From: Bdellovibrionales bacterium
GTDB taxonomy: Bacteria > Bdellovibrionota > Bdellovibrionia > Bdellovibrionales > JAGQZY01
Reading direction: 5' to 3'
Assembly (NCBI GenBank): GCA_031426555.1
Contig: JANPLN010000030.1
Coordinates: forward strand, 1-64,000
DNA length: 64,000 nt
Shown: one piece after another, positions 9,062 through 19,147 of the stretch
How positions within the stretch are numbered: position 1 is the first letter of the stretch
Layout of the letters: every line of letters starts with the position of its first letter
Made by a program: the position numbers and the translations under genes
The notes under the pieces: generated by a model
Database searches by the model: none
The model's input: the letters and a program-made list of their open reading frames with translations, nothing else
What the model was told of the DNA's origin: nothing

Positions 9062-9484
9062 TTGGATACGAATACAACCGACATTACAGAGGGCATCAAT
9101 GAGATCAACGTGACACCGTTTGTAGATGTTGTGTTGGTGTTGCTGGTTATTTTCATGGTGACAGCGCCAGTGATGATCAAAGACAGCTTAAAGGTCAATC
9201 TCCCCAAAACACTGACTACTGATTTACCAGAAAAAGTAGACTCCGTAGGCATAGCTATCACCAAAGAGGGGCAAGTCTTTTTTAATGGAACCCTAATGGG
9301 GGCGCAGACACTGGAAGAAGAACTGAAGCGTCGATCACAAACGTCTCCGGGCACCCATTTTTTAATCAGTGCAGATGTCGAGTCTCGTCATGGTGATCTG
9401 ATAAAGATGATTGATCTTCTAAAGCGAAACAATTTAAATAAATTCGCCCTGCAAGTTGAAAAAATTCAAAAAAATGTTGATTAG
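9062..9484 (+). CDS. exbD: ExbD/TolR
   Basis: EINVTPFVDVVLVLLVIFMVTAP. Confidence 0.92.
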   Translation: MDTNTTDITEGINEINVTPFVDVVLVLLVIFMVTAPVMIKDSLKVNLPKTLTTDLPEKVDSVGIAITKEGQVFFNGTLMGAQTLEEELKRRSQTSPGTHFLISADVESRHGDLIKMIDLLKRNNLNKFALQVEKIQKNVD

Positions 9485-10133
9485 AGCCATAGTACTTAAA
9501 CCCTGGCAGATCTCTTTATCTTTTCACGTGGGTGTACTGGCCTTTTTTTTAATCTTACTCTATTTCAGTAAAATGCAATCAGAACCTGTCGTCATTCAAG
9601 ATTTTGTGGTCCCCATCAATGTTCAAAATTTAAATAAAGAAGAAGAAAAACCAAAAGTTATATTAAAATCCATCAATGAGGAAAAACCATCTACAGCTGC
9701 GGAAAAGCCGAGAGAGATCTTTGGGGCCAATAGAAATTCACTCACGGACTCTTCTCAAGAAATCGCTTCCAAAAAAGGCAATACGATCACAAAAGATGTG
9801 GATTCGAAAGTGCTGACGGACGCTGACGCCTCACAACTGCCGAATCCAACAGACGAGTACCTTGTTTCTGAGATGCCACAGGTGATCACTGAAGTGCGAC
9901 CCACTTATCCTGCAGAAGCCAGAGCAAAACAAATAGAAGGCTCCGTCGCTCTCAATGTATTGATAGATAATCAGGGGGTTGTTCGCCAGGTGACTTTTAT
10001 CGAAGGGCCAGAAATTTTTAGAGGAGGAGCCTTGGAGGCTATGAAAAAATTTCGATTCAAACCGGCTTTTGTCACTGGGCAGCCGGTGGCTGTGCGAATT
10101 CGTTATGTTTTAAAGTTTAAGTTGGAGTTTTAA
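9474..10133 (+). CDS. tonB: Energy transducer TonB
   Basis: Transmembrane helix with SLSFH; C-terminal PTYPAEARAKQIEGSV...FRFKPA. Confidence 0.9.
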   Translation: MLIRAIVLKPWQISLSFHVGVLAFFLILLYFSKMQSEPVVIQDFVVPINVQNLNKEEEKPKVILKSINEEKPSTAAEKPREIFGANRNSLTDSSQEIASKKGNTITKDVDSKVLTDADASQLPNPTDEYLVSEMPQVITEVRPTYPAEARAKQIEGSVALNVLIDNQGVVRQVTFIEGPEIFRGGALEAMKKFRFKPAFVTGQPVAVRIRYVLKFKLEF

Positions 10134-12392
10134 ATGTTCATATTGTTTCTCTTTTGTTTTTTTTCGATCTCTCAAGAGCAAGACGTCAATCAGGTTCCGG
10201 CGACGACAGCTACACAGCCCGTTTCAGCAGAACCAACCACCACTATCAGCGGCATTATTTTAGAGCGCGGCACACGCAAGCCTTTGGCTGATGTTGCTAT
10301 CTATCTGCTTCCACAAAAAACAAAAGCAGTCAGTGACCAAAATGGAAATTTTTTGTTCGAAGGTGTTCAACCTCAGGTTTGCTCAGTCATTGTTAATTTA
10401 ACTGGGTATAATAAATATGAAAAAGAAACCAGCTGCAAAGAGCCGGGCCGGATGTCCATCTATTTGGAAAAAGTTTTGTACACGGGTTTTGAAACAACTG
10501 TGACTAGCAAAGCAGAAAAACGAGATGATCAGACGCAGACTTTAACGCAAGAGGATTTTATGAAAACCGCAGGAACGTTTGGCGGTGATCCTGTTCGCGC
10601 CGCTCAAAACCTACCTGGCGTCTCGTCGCAGGGGGCTTCTGCGGAGGTCATTGTTCAAGGGGCCAGTCCTGACGATACGGGTTACTTGATCAACGGTCAT
10701 CGCGTACCTTTGGTTTTCCATTTTGGCGGCCTTTCTTCCGTCGTTATTCCAGAGGCTGTGGAAAAAGTGGAGCTCCTCCCCAGTGGTTACGGACCTGAGT
10801 ACTCTAGAGCCATCGGAGGAATTATTGGTATCACAACGAAAGAGCCTAAAAAAGATCGCACCCATGGAATGGCCTATGTGGACTTACTCAATTCTGGTGG
10901 ACTCTTGGAAGGTGCTATTAATGAAACCTCCTCATTCCTGGTCTCAGCCAGATACAGTTATATAGGACAAGTTCTTAAAGCAGCGGCCAATGAAATGGAA
11001 ACCACGACACTCACCACGGCCCCTACTTTTTATGATTTTACGGGCATCTATAACAATCAAATCAATGCAAATAATAAATTCAAGACAACTTTTGTTTTAA
11101 GCAGTGACGAATTAGAGCTCATTGTGAATAAAGCCTTTGCCGACGATCCGGCTCTTCGTGGACGACTTTCTAACACAACAGATTTTTTTAGAGTGATTCC
11201 GCAAATGATCACTCAGTTAGGTCCAGATCATAAAATGGACAATTCTTTGGGTTTTGGAAAAGATAAACTTATTGTCAACATCGGAACGAACTACCTCAAT
11301 GTGGATTCGGATGTGATTTCACAAAGATCGGAAGTTATTTCTAAATGGTCAGAGACGTATAAAACCTTTTTGGGTTTAGACAATCAATGGACAAACACCA
11401 ATGTAAGAATCAATTTACCCACTGAAGGCACAGTGGGAGGAGTACCGACTCCCTTCTCTGCCGGCGAAGAGCAACGTTTTACTGCACAAGTCAGCCAATA
11501 TCAGTTGGGTGCTTATTTGCGACAAGAAATAAAAATTTTCGAAGATTCCAATTGGACTTTTTTGCCAAACTTGAGGGTGGACCAGTTCAGCCTGAGCGAT
11601 TCTTCGGAGTTGCAACCACGTTTGCAAATTCGTTATCAATGGGATTCAAGCTTGTTGCTGCGTGCATCTGTGGGAAGATACGCCCAGGCCCCCTTGCCAC
11701 AGGAGACATCAAAAGAATACGGCAACGAAAGTTTAAAACCTCTTTCGGCAATGCATTACACAGCTGGATTTAGCAAAGACTTTAAAAATGGATCCAATCA
11801 AGGGTTCGAAGTGACCAATAACTATTTTTATAAAACATTAGATAATCTCGTTTTTCCAGATATTGTCTCTCGTTATGCCAATTCGGGAACTGGAACTATT
11901 TACGGAGCCGAAGTTCAAGCCAAGTATCGCAAAGATAAATGGTCTTCACAGCTGGTCTATACGTTTTTAAACAGCAAACGAACCATACCAGGTTTTGGAA
12001 CACAACCTTCGGAATTCGACCAAACCCACAACTTGAACCTCATTGGCTCCTACACGACCGCGCGCTGGACATTTGGTGGTCGATTTCGCTTTGTCACAGG
12101 CCTCCCGTACACCCCAGTCATTGGTGCTACCTACGACAGTAACAATGATGTCTTTATCCCTGCAGCGGGAACTATTTTTTCTCAAAGATTCGACTCTTTT
12201 CAGCAGTTTGATTTGCGCATCGATAGAAAGTTTATTTACGACAAATGGATTTTAAATGTTTACTTCGACGTGCAAAATCTTCTCAACAGAAAAAATACTC
12301 AATCCATTGAGTATTCTTATGATTTTAAAAATCAAGAGAATGTGGCAGGACTTCCTATTCTTCCTACATTTGGTGTCAAAGGAGAATTTTAA
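10134..12392 (+). CDS. TonB-dependent outer-membrane receptor with an N-terminal CarboxypepD_reg-like domain
   Basis: Plug motif GDPVRAAQNLPGV, amphipathic beta strands, C-terminal GVKGEF. Confidence 0.9.
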   Translation: MFILFLFCFFSISQEQDVNQVPATTATQPVSAEPTTTISGIILERGTRKPLADVAIYLLPQKTKAVSDQNGNFLFEGVQPQVCSVIVNLTGYNKYEKETSCKEPGRMSIYLEKVLYTGFETTVTSKAEKRDDQTQTLTQEDFMKTAGTFGGDPVRAAQNLPGVSSQGASAEVIVQGASPDDTGYLINGHRVPLVFHFGGLSSVVIPEAVEKVELLPSGYGPEYSRAIGGIIGITTKEPKKDRTHGMAYVDLLNSGGLLEGAINETSSFLVSARYSYIGQVLKAAANEMETTTLTTAPTFYDFTGIYNNQINANNKFKTTFVLSSDELELIVNKAFADDPALRGRLSNTTDFFRVIPQMITQLGPDHKMDNSLGFGKDKLIVNIGTNYLNVDSDVISQRSEVISKWSETYKTFLGLDNQWTNTNVRINLPTEGTVGGVPTPFSAGEEQRFTAQVSQYQLGAYLRQEIKIFEDSNWTFLPNLRVDQFSLSDSSELQPRLQIRYQWDSSLLLRASVGRYAQAPLPQETSKEYGNESLKPLSAMHYTAGFSKDFKNGSNQGFEVTNNYFYKTLDNLVFPDIVSRYANSGTGTIYGAEVQAKYRKDKWSSQLVYTFLNSKRTIPGFGTQPSEFDQTHNLNLIGSYTTARWTFGGRFRFVTGLPYTPVIGATYDSNNDVFIPAAGTIFSQRFDSFQQFDLRIDRKFIYDKWILNVYFDVQNLLNRKNTQSIEYSYDFKNQENVAGLPILPTFGVKGEF

Positions 12393-13219
12393 TGAAACTT
12401 CTTTTTTATAGTGTTCTCTTTGTATTTATAAATTCCTGTGGAGAAAGTAATTTGAAGAAGGTCGAGCGACTACAAGGCTTCCGAATTCTCGGAGTCAAAA
12501 CGTCGACACCAGAAGTGAACCCCGGTGATACCATATCGGACATCCAAGTTTTTTTCTCTGATCCCCAAGGCGGAGGACGGATCATTGCGGGAACAACAGT
12601 GGCCTGTGTGGATCCTGGCATATCCTTTGGAGCCGAAGTGGATTGCGATCACGACCCTGCAAAAGTCACCGGCACTTACAGTATTAATACAATAGCCGAT
12701 GATGACTCTGTGGGGCAGTTTACCGGTTTGTCTTCATCAACGTCCTCGGTCACTGTGCCGAGTCTTATCCTCACTGGCAAAACAACTCGCGAACAGTTCA
12801 ATGGAGTTGGGTACATTATCATATTTACGTTCACTGTGGACGGCAAAGAGGAAAAAGCATTTAAGAAAATTCTGGTTTCCACGAGACCCGTCAAAAACAA
12901 CAACCCAGGAACGCCGACGGCCAGCATTTTACTTAAAAATGGGTCTGCGATAGCTTTGCCGAATCAAAATGAGTCCCTTGTGGTTTCTAGCAGCTCACAA
13001 GAGTCTTTCGAGTTTATGAATATTTCAGGAACCAAGGAAGTGCTTCAAGAGAATTTTCAGGTGGCTTGGTACGTTTCGAATGGAGAGTTCGACAAACCGA
13101 AGTCGTCTGTGAACGAAGATGTGAAGTACCAAAAGGCGTCAGCGCAAAGTCCTTTCACTTTGGTGGCCGTGATTCGCGACGAGCGCGGTGGCATCGAGTT
13201 TTTGCAATTTAGCCAGTAA
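12392..13219 (+). CDS. Lipoprotein partner of the TonB-dependent receptor
   Basis: Lipobox-like INSC; 1-nt overlap with the receptor stop; C-terminal RDERGG. Confidence 0.75.
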   Translation: MKLLFYSVLFVFINSCGESNLKKVERLQGFRILGVKTSTPEVNPGDTISDIQVFFSDPQGGGRIIAGTTVACVDPGISFGAEVDCDHDPAKVTGTYSINTIADDDSVGQFTGLSSSTSSVTVPSLILTGKTTREQFNGVGYIIIFTFTVDGKEEKAFKKILVSTRPVKNNNPGTPTASILLKNGSAIALPNQNESLVVSSSSQESFEFMNISGTKEVLQENFQVAWYVSNGEFDKPKSSVNEDVKYQKASAQSPFTLVAVIRDERGGIEFLQFSQ

Positions 13220-13221
13220 AA

Positions 13222-13728
13222 CTATCTTTCGCCAACGGTTATTTTTTCGATCACACCTTCGGCGGTGATGTAAACATTGGTGGGCAGGTAATCCACTTCG
13301 AGCTCTGTCACGAGGGTTTTTCCGCGATCGTGGTAAAATGCCTGACCCGGCAAATACTTTTCAAGCACGGCCTGTGCCTCGGCGTGGGAGGTTGCGGGAT
13401 CCGTGTTGACAGGAATCAGTCGGCGACTCCCAAGAGCGCCCTCTAGACCAACATCCGGTAAATTTTTAAGCTTTTCCAAACACGGAGCGCAGGTCACGGA
13501 CCATAGAATAAGGACAGAAGGGGCGGGCTGTGCGGCGATTTCGGCCATGCCCAAAAGCTCTGAGAGCTTTGCGGGGTCTATTTTCTGGCCGATATGGTCT
13601 TTTGAGTTTTGTATCAAATAATCCGATAAGTAGTTTTGTGAATACGCAACCAAGGCGATCATTAATGCGAGACCCACAAGCAATGAAAACGGTAAAAGCA
13701 GCCACTTTGAGGTTTTTAAATCGTTCAT
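13222..13728 (-). CDS. Membrane-anchored TlpA-like thioredoxin
   Basis: WSVTCAPC (CxxC), cis-Pro motif YLPT, N-terminal transmembrane helix. Confidence 0.8.
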   Translation of the reverse strand: MNDLKTSKWLLLPFSLLVGLALMIALVAYSQNYLSDYLIQNSKDHIGQKIDPAKLSELLGMAEIAAQPAPSVLILWSVTCAPCLEKLKNLPDVGLEGALGSRRLIPVNTDPATSHAEAQAVLEKYLPGQAFYHDRGKTLVTELEVDYLPTNVYITAEGVIEKITVGER

Positions 13729-13739
13729 GGTTGAGATCT

Positions 13740-13955
13740 ATGCGAGCCCTTCCCGCTCGTCAATCCCCAAGATCAAAACTTCGTCATGATTCGGGGCAAA
13801 TTGTTTTAGAGTACATCTTATTGCTCGTGATCAGTGTAAGCGTAGCTACGTATTTAACCAAAAAACTCGTTGGCAAAGATCCCGAAGACGCCGGCATTGT
13901 AACCAGCGCCTGGGGGCAGATCAATTCGGCCATCGGCGCAGACATTATTGAATAA
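13740..13955 (+). CDS. Small Flp/TadE-type prepilin
   Basis: Basic leader followed by SG/QIVLEYILLLVI (class III signal peptide with E+5, Y+6); 71 aa from ATG 13740. Confidence 0.7.
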   Translation: MRALPARQSPRSKLRHDSGQIVLEYILLLVISVSVATYLTKKLVGKDPEDAGIVTSAWGQINSAIGADIIE

Positions 13956-13983
13956 ACGCAGACATCATTGAATTGTAACCCGA

Positions 13984-14754
13984 CTATAAATAAATAAAGC
14001 GGCGATTCTTAAGTTCGTTTTTAAGCTCGATTTGCATGTAATCTTGAATATCTTCTGTGGTGCGACGGATGTAGTCTTCATCATCCATGGCTTCGGGGCC
14101 TCGATCCAATACAATGGCTGGCAGAATTTTTATTTTCCAGCGGGCGGGCAGAGGAATAATATTCAACGGCAAAGGAATTACCAAGCCGCGGAGATATTTT
14201 GTAAATTTCAGTTGCGCTAAATTAATATGAGTCTCTTCGGCCCCGATGATCAGTGTTGGTACGATGGGGGAGTTGGTTTCCAGCGCCATCCGCACAAAGC
14301 CTTTTTTAAAGGTCTGTAACTGATACCGACGCGTCGTGGGTTTAAAGTTTCCGTACTCTCCTTCGGGAAAAAGAATGAGCAGCTGCTTTTTTTTCAAAAC
14401 GGCAATACCATTTTTTTTTGTGGCTTCGATGAAACCCATTTTTTGTGCCGGGATGGCCGTGGTTTGATTTAAAAACCAAAAATGATGGGTTAAAACTCGA
14501 GGAACTCGATGCACAGCTTGATCGACATGATGGCAAAGCAAAAATGCATCGAAACCGGAGTAGCCAGAATGATTGGGGCTGATGATGGCGGCCCCTTTGC
14601 GCGGAATATTTTCCAAGCCTTCCACTTCGACTCGAAGATACTTGGTCATGATTTCACCTAAAAAGTGGGGGAATACGCGATACACAAGCTCCTCAGAAGT
14701 GAGATCCTTGAGACTTTTTGTTTTTTCGCTGACTTTTTTAAAAAACCATTTCAT
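13984..14754 (-). CDS. Lysophospholipid acyltransferase (PlsC-like)
   Basis: NHSGYSGFD, LFPEG, GFVRMALETNSPIVP. Confidence 0.85.
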   Translation of the reverse strand: MKWFFKKVSEKTKSLKDLTSEELVYRVFPHFLGEIMTKYLRVEVEGLENIPRKGAAIISPNHSGYSGFDAFLLCHHVDQAVHRVPRVLTHHFWFLNQTTAIPAQKMGFIEATKKNGIAVLKKKQLLILFPEGEYGNFKPTTRRYQLQTFKKGFVRMALETNSPIVPTLIIGAEETHINLAQLKFTKYLRGLVIPLPLNIIPLPARWKIKILPAIVLDRGPEAMDDEDYIRRTTEDIQDYMQIELKNELKNRRFIYL

Positions 14755-14787
14755 TTTACTAAAGAGATATCACAGTTTGGGGAGTTT

Positions 14788-16260
14788 ATGAAGTCACAAT
14801 ATATTTTAGCCATCGATCAGGGAACTACCGGAAGCACCGTCTCTCTTTACAATGAGCGCGGGCACGTGGTGAAGCGAGCCGATAAGGACTTTGAGCAGAT
14901 ATTCCCCAAGCCAGGATGGGTGGAACATCGCACGTCGGACATTTGGGAAACTGTGCTTTATGGAATTAGCGAAGTGGTCAGCAAAATAGATGCTCGCCAA
15001 ATTGCCGCCATCGGCATCACCAACCAGCGCGAAACCGTGGCCGCTTGGAATCGCACCACCGGCGAACCAGTGATGAATGCCATCGTTTGGCAATGTCGTC
15101 GAACCACGGAAGAATGCCGAAAACTCAAACCCAAAGAAAAATTTGTGCGCGCGAAAACCGGGCTATTGATGGATCCCTATTTTTCGGCCAGCAAAATGGC
15201 TTGGATTTTAAAAAATAACGAAAAAGCAAAAAAACTAGCCGCCAACAACCAACTGTGTTTTGGCACCATGGATACGTTTTTGATCTGGCAACTCACAAAA
15301 GGTCAATCCTACAAAACGGATCCCTCCAATGCTTCGCGCACCATGCTGTTTCACCTCAAAAAGCAAATTTTTGATAAAGAATTATTAAAGCTTTTTAAAA
15401 TTTCGCAAGACGCGCTTCCCGAGGTCGAGTTTAACAATGGCCACTTTGGAATCACGAAAGGTGTTCCCGGTCTTCCTGATGGAATCCCGATCCACGGGGT
15501 GATCGGTGATCAACAGTCAGCGCTGTTTGGCCAGGGTGGGATTCACAAAGGCGATGCAAAGATCACCTTTGGTACTGGAAGTTTTTTGTTGTTCAATACT
15601 GGAAACCAAATTGTCCCTTCCAAAAAGGGACTACTCTCAACAGTGGCCTGGGTATGGAAAGGCCACAAACCAATATATGCTCTTGAAGGCGGCGCTTTTA
15701 TTTGCGGCGCAGCGGTGCAGTGGTTGCGCGATGGAATGGGGTTTATCGAAAAAAGCTCCGAAGTGGAACGCCTGGCGCGCTCTGTAGAATCCTCGGAGGG
15801 TGTGGAATTTGTTCCGGCCCTTTCGGGTCTCGGTGCCCCGTACTGGCAGCCACAAGCGCGGGGAATTATTAAAGGTCTTTCGCGCGGGACGACACGGGCC
15901 CATATCGCGCGGGCCACGCTTGAAGCCATGGCGCTGCAAAACTTAGATATTCTCGATGTGATGAAGAGCGAAGCCAAATTAAAACTCACACGAGTTCGAG
16001 TGGACGGCGGAGCTACGGAAAATGATCTGTTGATGCAGTTGCAGTCCGATTATTTAGGTATCGATGTGGAGGTTCCACAAAATATCGAAACCACAAGCAC
16101 AGGCGCTGCATTGATGGCGGGTCTGGGCGTGGGACTCTGGAGCGTTTCAGATTTACACAAAGTGAACCCCATTGCCAAAAAATTTCAGTCTCAAATTGAG
16201 AGACGCCAGCGAATAGAGCGGGTCAAAAAATGGCGCGAGGCTGTTCGGTTGAGCTACTAG
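14788..16260 (+). CDS. glpK: Glycerol kinase
   Basis: LAIDQGTTGS, GITNQRET, AIVWQCRR, GDQQSALFG, RVDGGA; start moved to ATG 14788 behind GGGGAG. Confidence 0.96.
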   Translation: MKSQYILAIDQGTTGSTVSLYNERGHVVKRADKDFEQIFPKPGWVEHRTSDIWETVLYGISEVVSKIDARQIAAIGITNQRETVAAWNRTTGEPVMNAIVWQCRRTTEECRKLKPKEKFVRAKTGLLMDPYFSASKMAWILKNNEKAKKLAANNQLCFGTMDTFLIWQLTKGQSYKTDPSNASRTMLFHLKKQIFDKELLKLFKISQDALPEVEFNNGHFGITKGVPGLPDGIPIHGVIGDQQSALFGQGGIHKGDAKITFGTGSFLLFNTGNQIVPSKKGLLSTVAWVWKGHKPIYALEGGAFICGAAVQWLRDGMGFIEKSSEVERLARSVESSEGVEFVPALSGLGAPYWQPQARGIIKGLSRGTTRAHIARATLEAMALQNLDILDVMKSEAKLKLTRVRVDGGATENDLLMQLQSDYLGIDVEVPQNIETTSTGAALMAGLGVGLWSVSDLHKVNPIAKKFQSQIERRQRIERVKKWREAVRLSY

Positions 16261-16349
16261 TATGCAAGCATAAACCCAGACTTTAGAACTCAAAAAAACC
16301 TCCGATAAGCTTTGGGGCTGCAATCGCCGCAGCCATCGTCGGAGGATGC

Positions 16350-17003
16350 ATGAAATTAGTGGGTGTTTTTATTGTGGCCGCGTTTTTAACTGGATGCGGC
16401 TCCATCAGTTCGCAAACCCACTCCACTCGTTCGCAACAATACCAAGTGAGTGTGATTGCAAACTCGCAGCAGCGATCCGTGGCCACGCAATCCCTGGGTA
16501 AAACAATTGTCGTCAAGAAGTGCCAAGTCAATAAAACCAACTGCGAAGCCGGCACTAAAAAACTTGAGTACGATCAATTTTCGAAAAATTTAAAAAACAA
16601 AGTAATGATTCACTCAGTAATCTCCCAGCAAATCTCACTTTTAGAACAGCAGGCGGCTTCCTTGCGCCTCGATCGTGATGTGCTCAAACAAGAAGTTGAA
16701 GAATTTGACCGCAACCTTAAAATGAATCGCATGTCGTCCCTGCGCGACGTCACTCATAACATTGAGCGCCTGCGGGTGTCTGTATCCATGGAAATTGTGG
16801 AGCTTAAACAAAAGCTTTCGTTAACAGAAAAAGATTTGCAAGTTTTAAAAGAAAATTCACAACAGCCCAATGTCGCAATCAATGCCGACATCTCGCGAAT
16901 TCTCGCCACTCTCGAAGTTCAAGACGGATTCGGTCAATCTTTGCACTACAAAGATAACCTTATCGCGCAAGCCATCGACCAAGTCATTGCCGAAATGATT
17001 TAA
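16350..17003 (+). CDS. Hypothetical coiled-coil lipoprotein
   Basis: Lipobox FLTGC, GGAGG RBS, heptad-rich middle. Confidence 0.7.
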   Translation: MKLVGVFIVAAFLTGCGSISSQTHSTRSQQYQVSVIANSQQRSVATQSLGKTIVVKKCQVNKTNCEAGTKKLEYDQFSKNLKNKVMIHSVISQQISLLEQQAASLRLDRDVLKQEVEEFDRNLKMNRMSSLRDVTHNIERLRVSVSMEIVELKQKLSLTEKDLQVLKENSQQPNVAINADISRILATLEVQDGFGQSLHYKDNLIAQAIDQVIAEMI

Positions 17004-17008
17004 TTTTT

Positions 17009-19147
17009 TTAATTCTGAGCTGGGCTCTCGTCTGTAAACTCGGGGTAAAATCTTTTCGCTTTAAGTAAACTACCCGTGGCAGTCTCTACAGAACCGTATT
17101 TTTTTTGAACGCGAATAAGCTCCCGCCAAATTACGGGCTGAAATGGGTTGAGGCGCAGGGCTTCGGTGTAGCAGTTTTGGATGTGTTCAAAGTTTTTGGC
17201 TAAATCGAGAGCCGTTAGAATCTCGGCTTTTAAAAGGTAGTAGCCAAAAGTTGTAGAATTGATTTTGAGAGCTATATCAATCCATGCTTGCGCAGAGGAA
17301 AGATCATTTAATAGATAGGAGGCCGCCGCTCGATTGTAGGCCGCACTTTGATCGCTGAGTTCTAAAAATACATGTTCGCACACGCTAACGGCTTTACGAG
17401 CCCACACCTGTCTGTTTGCATCGTTGTAGGGGAGTCCTCGTGCACTGTAAGTGAGGATAGAGCAGTACAAATTATTGAGTTTTAAATCCATTTTGTCCTC
17501 GATGCTCGCCATCAAGGTTAGGACAGAGCTCTCTTGTCTAAATAAAGTTGACGCCACCAGGATTTGATAGATTTTTTTTATTTTTTCGATTTGTGAAAAC
17601 CACGACGACGATCCTTGCCACTCGTTCACTTCTTTTTGTAAAAACGCTTTAAATGAATCAAAATTTAAATAAGGAATATCTGATCGATGGCTTTTATGGA
17701 AAAAGAAAATCATAAAATGATCTGCATAGACCGGACGCCAGTTTGGTGAACTGAGAAAGTACCTGATCGCCCCGTGATAGTTGGCCAGCGTATGATTGAT
17801 GGCGACCACCGGCAGTTGATGACGGACGGTTTCCTGCTCGATCTGCACTGGGTTTAAAAATAACTGAAACATTTTTTGGAAGTGATCGCGAGGGACTACT
17901 TCGGCGTAGCGGGTGTCGATGTAGGATTCAAACCCTGGCTGACGCCACAGCATGTAGTTGCTGAACTCCGGAGTGGCAAAGATTTTGCTTTTTGTTGTGT
18001 TTTCTAAAAAATCAGCGGCCGCCGTTAAATTTTCATTTTCTGACACCTTCCAACCAAAATGAAAGTTCTCGCGCAGGCCTTCGATGTTTCCGGTCACGAC
18101 AAGTGTGCACAGTAATAGCGTCACAACAGCGACGACAGCGGTTTTGTAAGACACATATTTTTTGAATCTATCAGCCGAGAAGTGCGTCCAAAGATTTTCA
18201 AAACCAACAAGGATAAACGGAGCCGTCAGCAAAACGGAGGGAGACAAATTGCGAACCATCGTGGTGGAAAAATACACCGCAAAGCCGAGCCATAAAACAT
18301 ACACCCAGCCCAAAACACGAAAACCTGGGCGAAGGGAAAATAGCAAAAGAAAAATCCAACCGCCCCACATGCCGTACCAGGCCCACGAAACCCCGGGATC
18401 AGTAAAAGACATTCCCTCTTGAATCAGTCGGTAAACAGGATCGGCACTCACTTTTCGCAGGTAAAACGGATAGGTGGCTCCGTCCCAGCCATAGGGATTG
18501 AGCAATGTGGCAAAGATGCTAGCTATAAAGGGAAAGAAGACCTTCCGCGGATGGCGCAAAAATACAAAGCCAAAAAGAATCAATCCTAGAATAAACATGC
18601 CATGACTGTTGGTCCACAACAGCAAGACGGGAGGCAATAGCCACAAGCTCTTTACTCTTTCTGGTTTTAAACAAAAACGAAGTAAAATTAATATTTCAAA
18701 AGTCAAAAAGAGATGCGTCCAAACCTCGGGCCGAGGAACCCAGCGCCGTTCGATCCATAAAAATAAAACGCAATAAAGAACCCAAGTGAGTAGTGCAGGA
18801 CGGCGCGAGCTCATGGCACGGTAGGAAAACCAGCCAAAAATACTGGAGACCATGTAAAGTAGCGCACAAACTGCAAGTACGCCAAAATAATCAAGCACTT
18901 CCATGCTTAAGTAGCTTGTGATTTGAAAAATCCATGTCAAATTAATCCAGCGGGCTCCTGAATAGATAAATGAAAAGCTATCTTGGGTGGGAAACTGCAG
19001 GTTTTCTAAAATCCAGCGACCGGTGGCCATGTGCCAATAGAGGTCGGTGTCCATGTCTCCCTTGATACAAAGAAGAATGGTGAATAAGGAAAAACCAAAA
19101 AGCATTACCGCTTCAGTTTTTTTCTCAAAGTTTTTCAAAGACCACAC
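17009..19147 (-). CDS. Polytopic membrane protein, putative GT-C glycosyltransferase with C-terminal TPR-like helices
   Basis: DMDTDLYWH acidic motif after TM1, about 11-12 hydrophobic segments, PRPE, NSHG, LNPYG, C-terminal YTEALRLNP. Confidence 0.65.
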   Translation of the reverse strand: MWSLKNFEKKTEAVMLFGFSLFTILLCIKGDMDTDLYWHMATGRWILENLQFPTQDSFSFIYSGARWINLTWIFQITSYLSMEVLDYFGVLAVCALLYMVSSIFGWFSYRAMSSRRPALLTWVLYCVLFLWIERRWVPRPEVWTHLFLTFEILILLRFCLKPERVKSLWLLPPVLLLWTNSHGMFILGLILFGFVFLRHPRKVFFPFIASIFATLLNPYGWDGATYPFYLRKVSADPVYRLIQEGMSFTDPGVSWAWYGMWGGWIFLLLFSLRPGFRVLGWVYVLWLGFAVYFSTTMVRNLSPSVLLTAPFILVGFENLWTHFSADRFKKYVSYKTAVVAVVTLLLCTLVVTGNIEGLRENFHFGWKVSENENLTAAADFLENTTKSKIFATPEFSNYMLWRQPGFESYIDTRYAEVVPRDHFQKMFQLFLNPVQIEQETVRHQLPVVAINHTLANYHGAIRYFLSSPNWRPVYADHFMIFFFHKSHRSDIPYLNFDSFKAFLQKEVNEWQGSSSWFSQIEKIKKIYQILVASTLFRQESSVLTLMASIEDKMDLKLNNLYCSILTYSARGLPYNDANRQVWARKAVSVCEHVFLELSDQSAAYNRAAASYLLNDLSSAQAWIDIALKINSTTFGYYLLKAEILTALDLAKNFEHIQNCYTEALRLNPFQPVIWRELIRVQKKYGSVETATGSLLKAKRFYPEFTDESPAQN

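Noticed and set aside
14665..14787. Longer glpK N-terminus from the ORF track
   Set aside because: It overlaps the divergent acyltransferase; the RBS and family motif support ATG 14788
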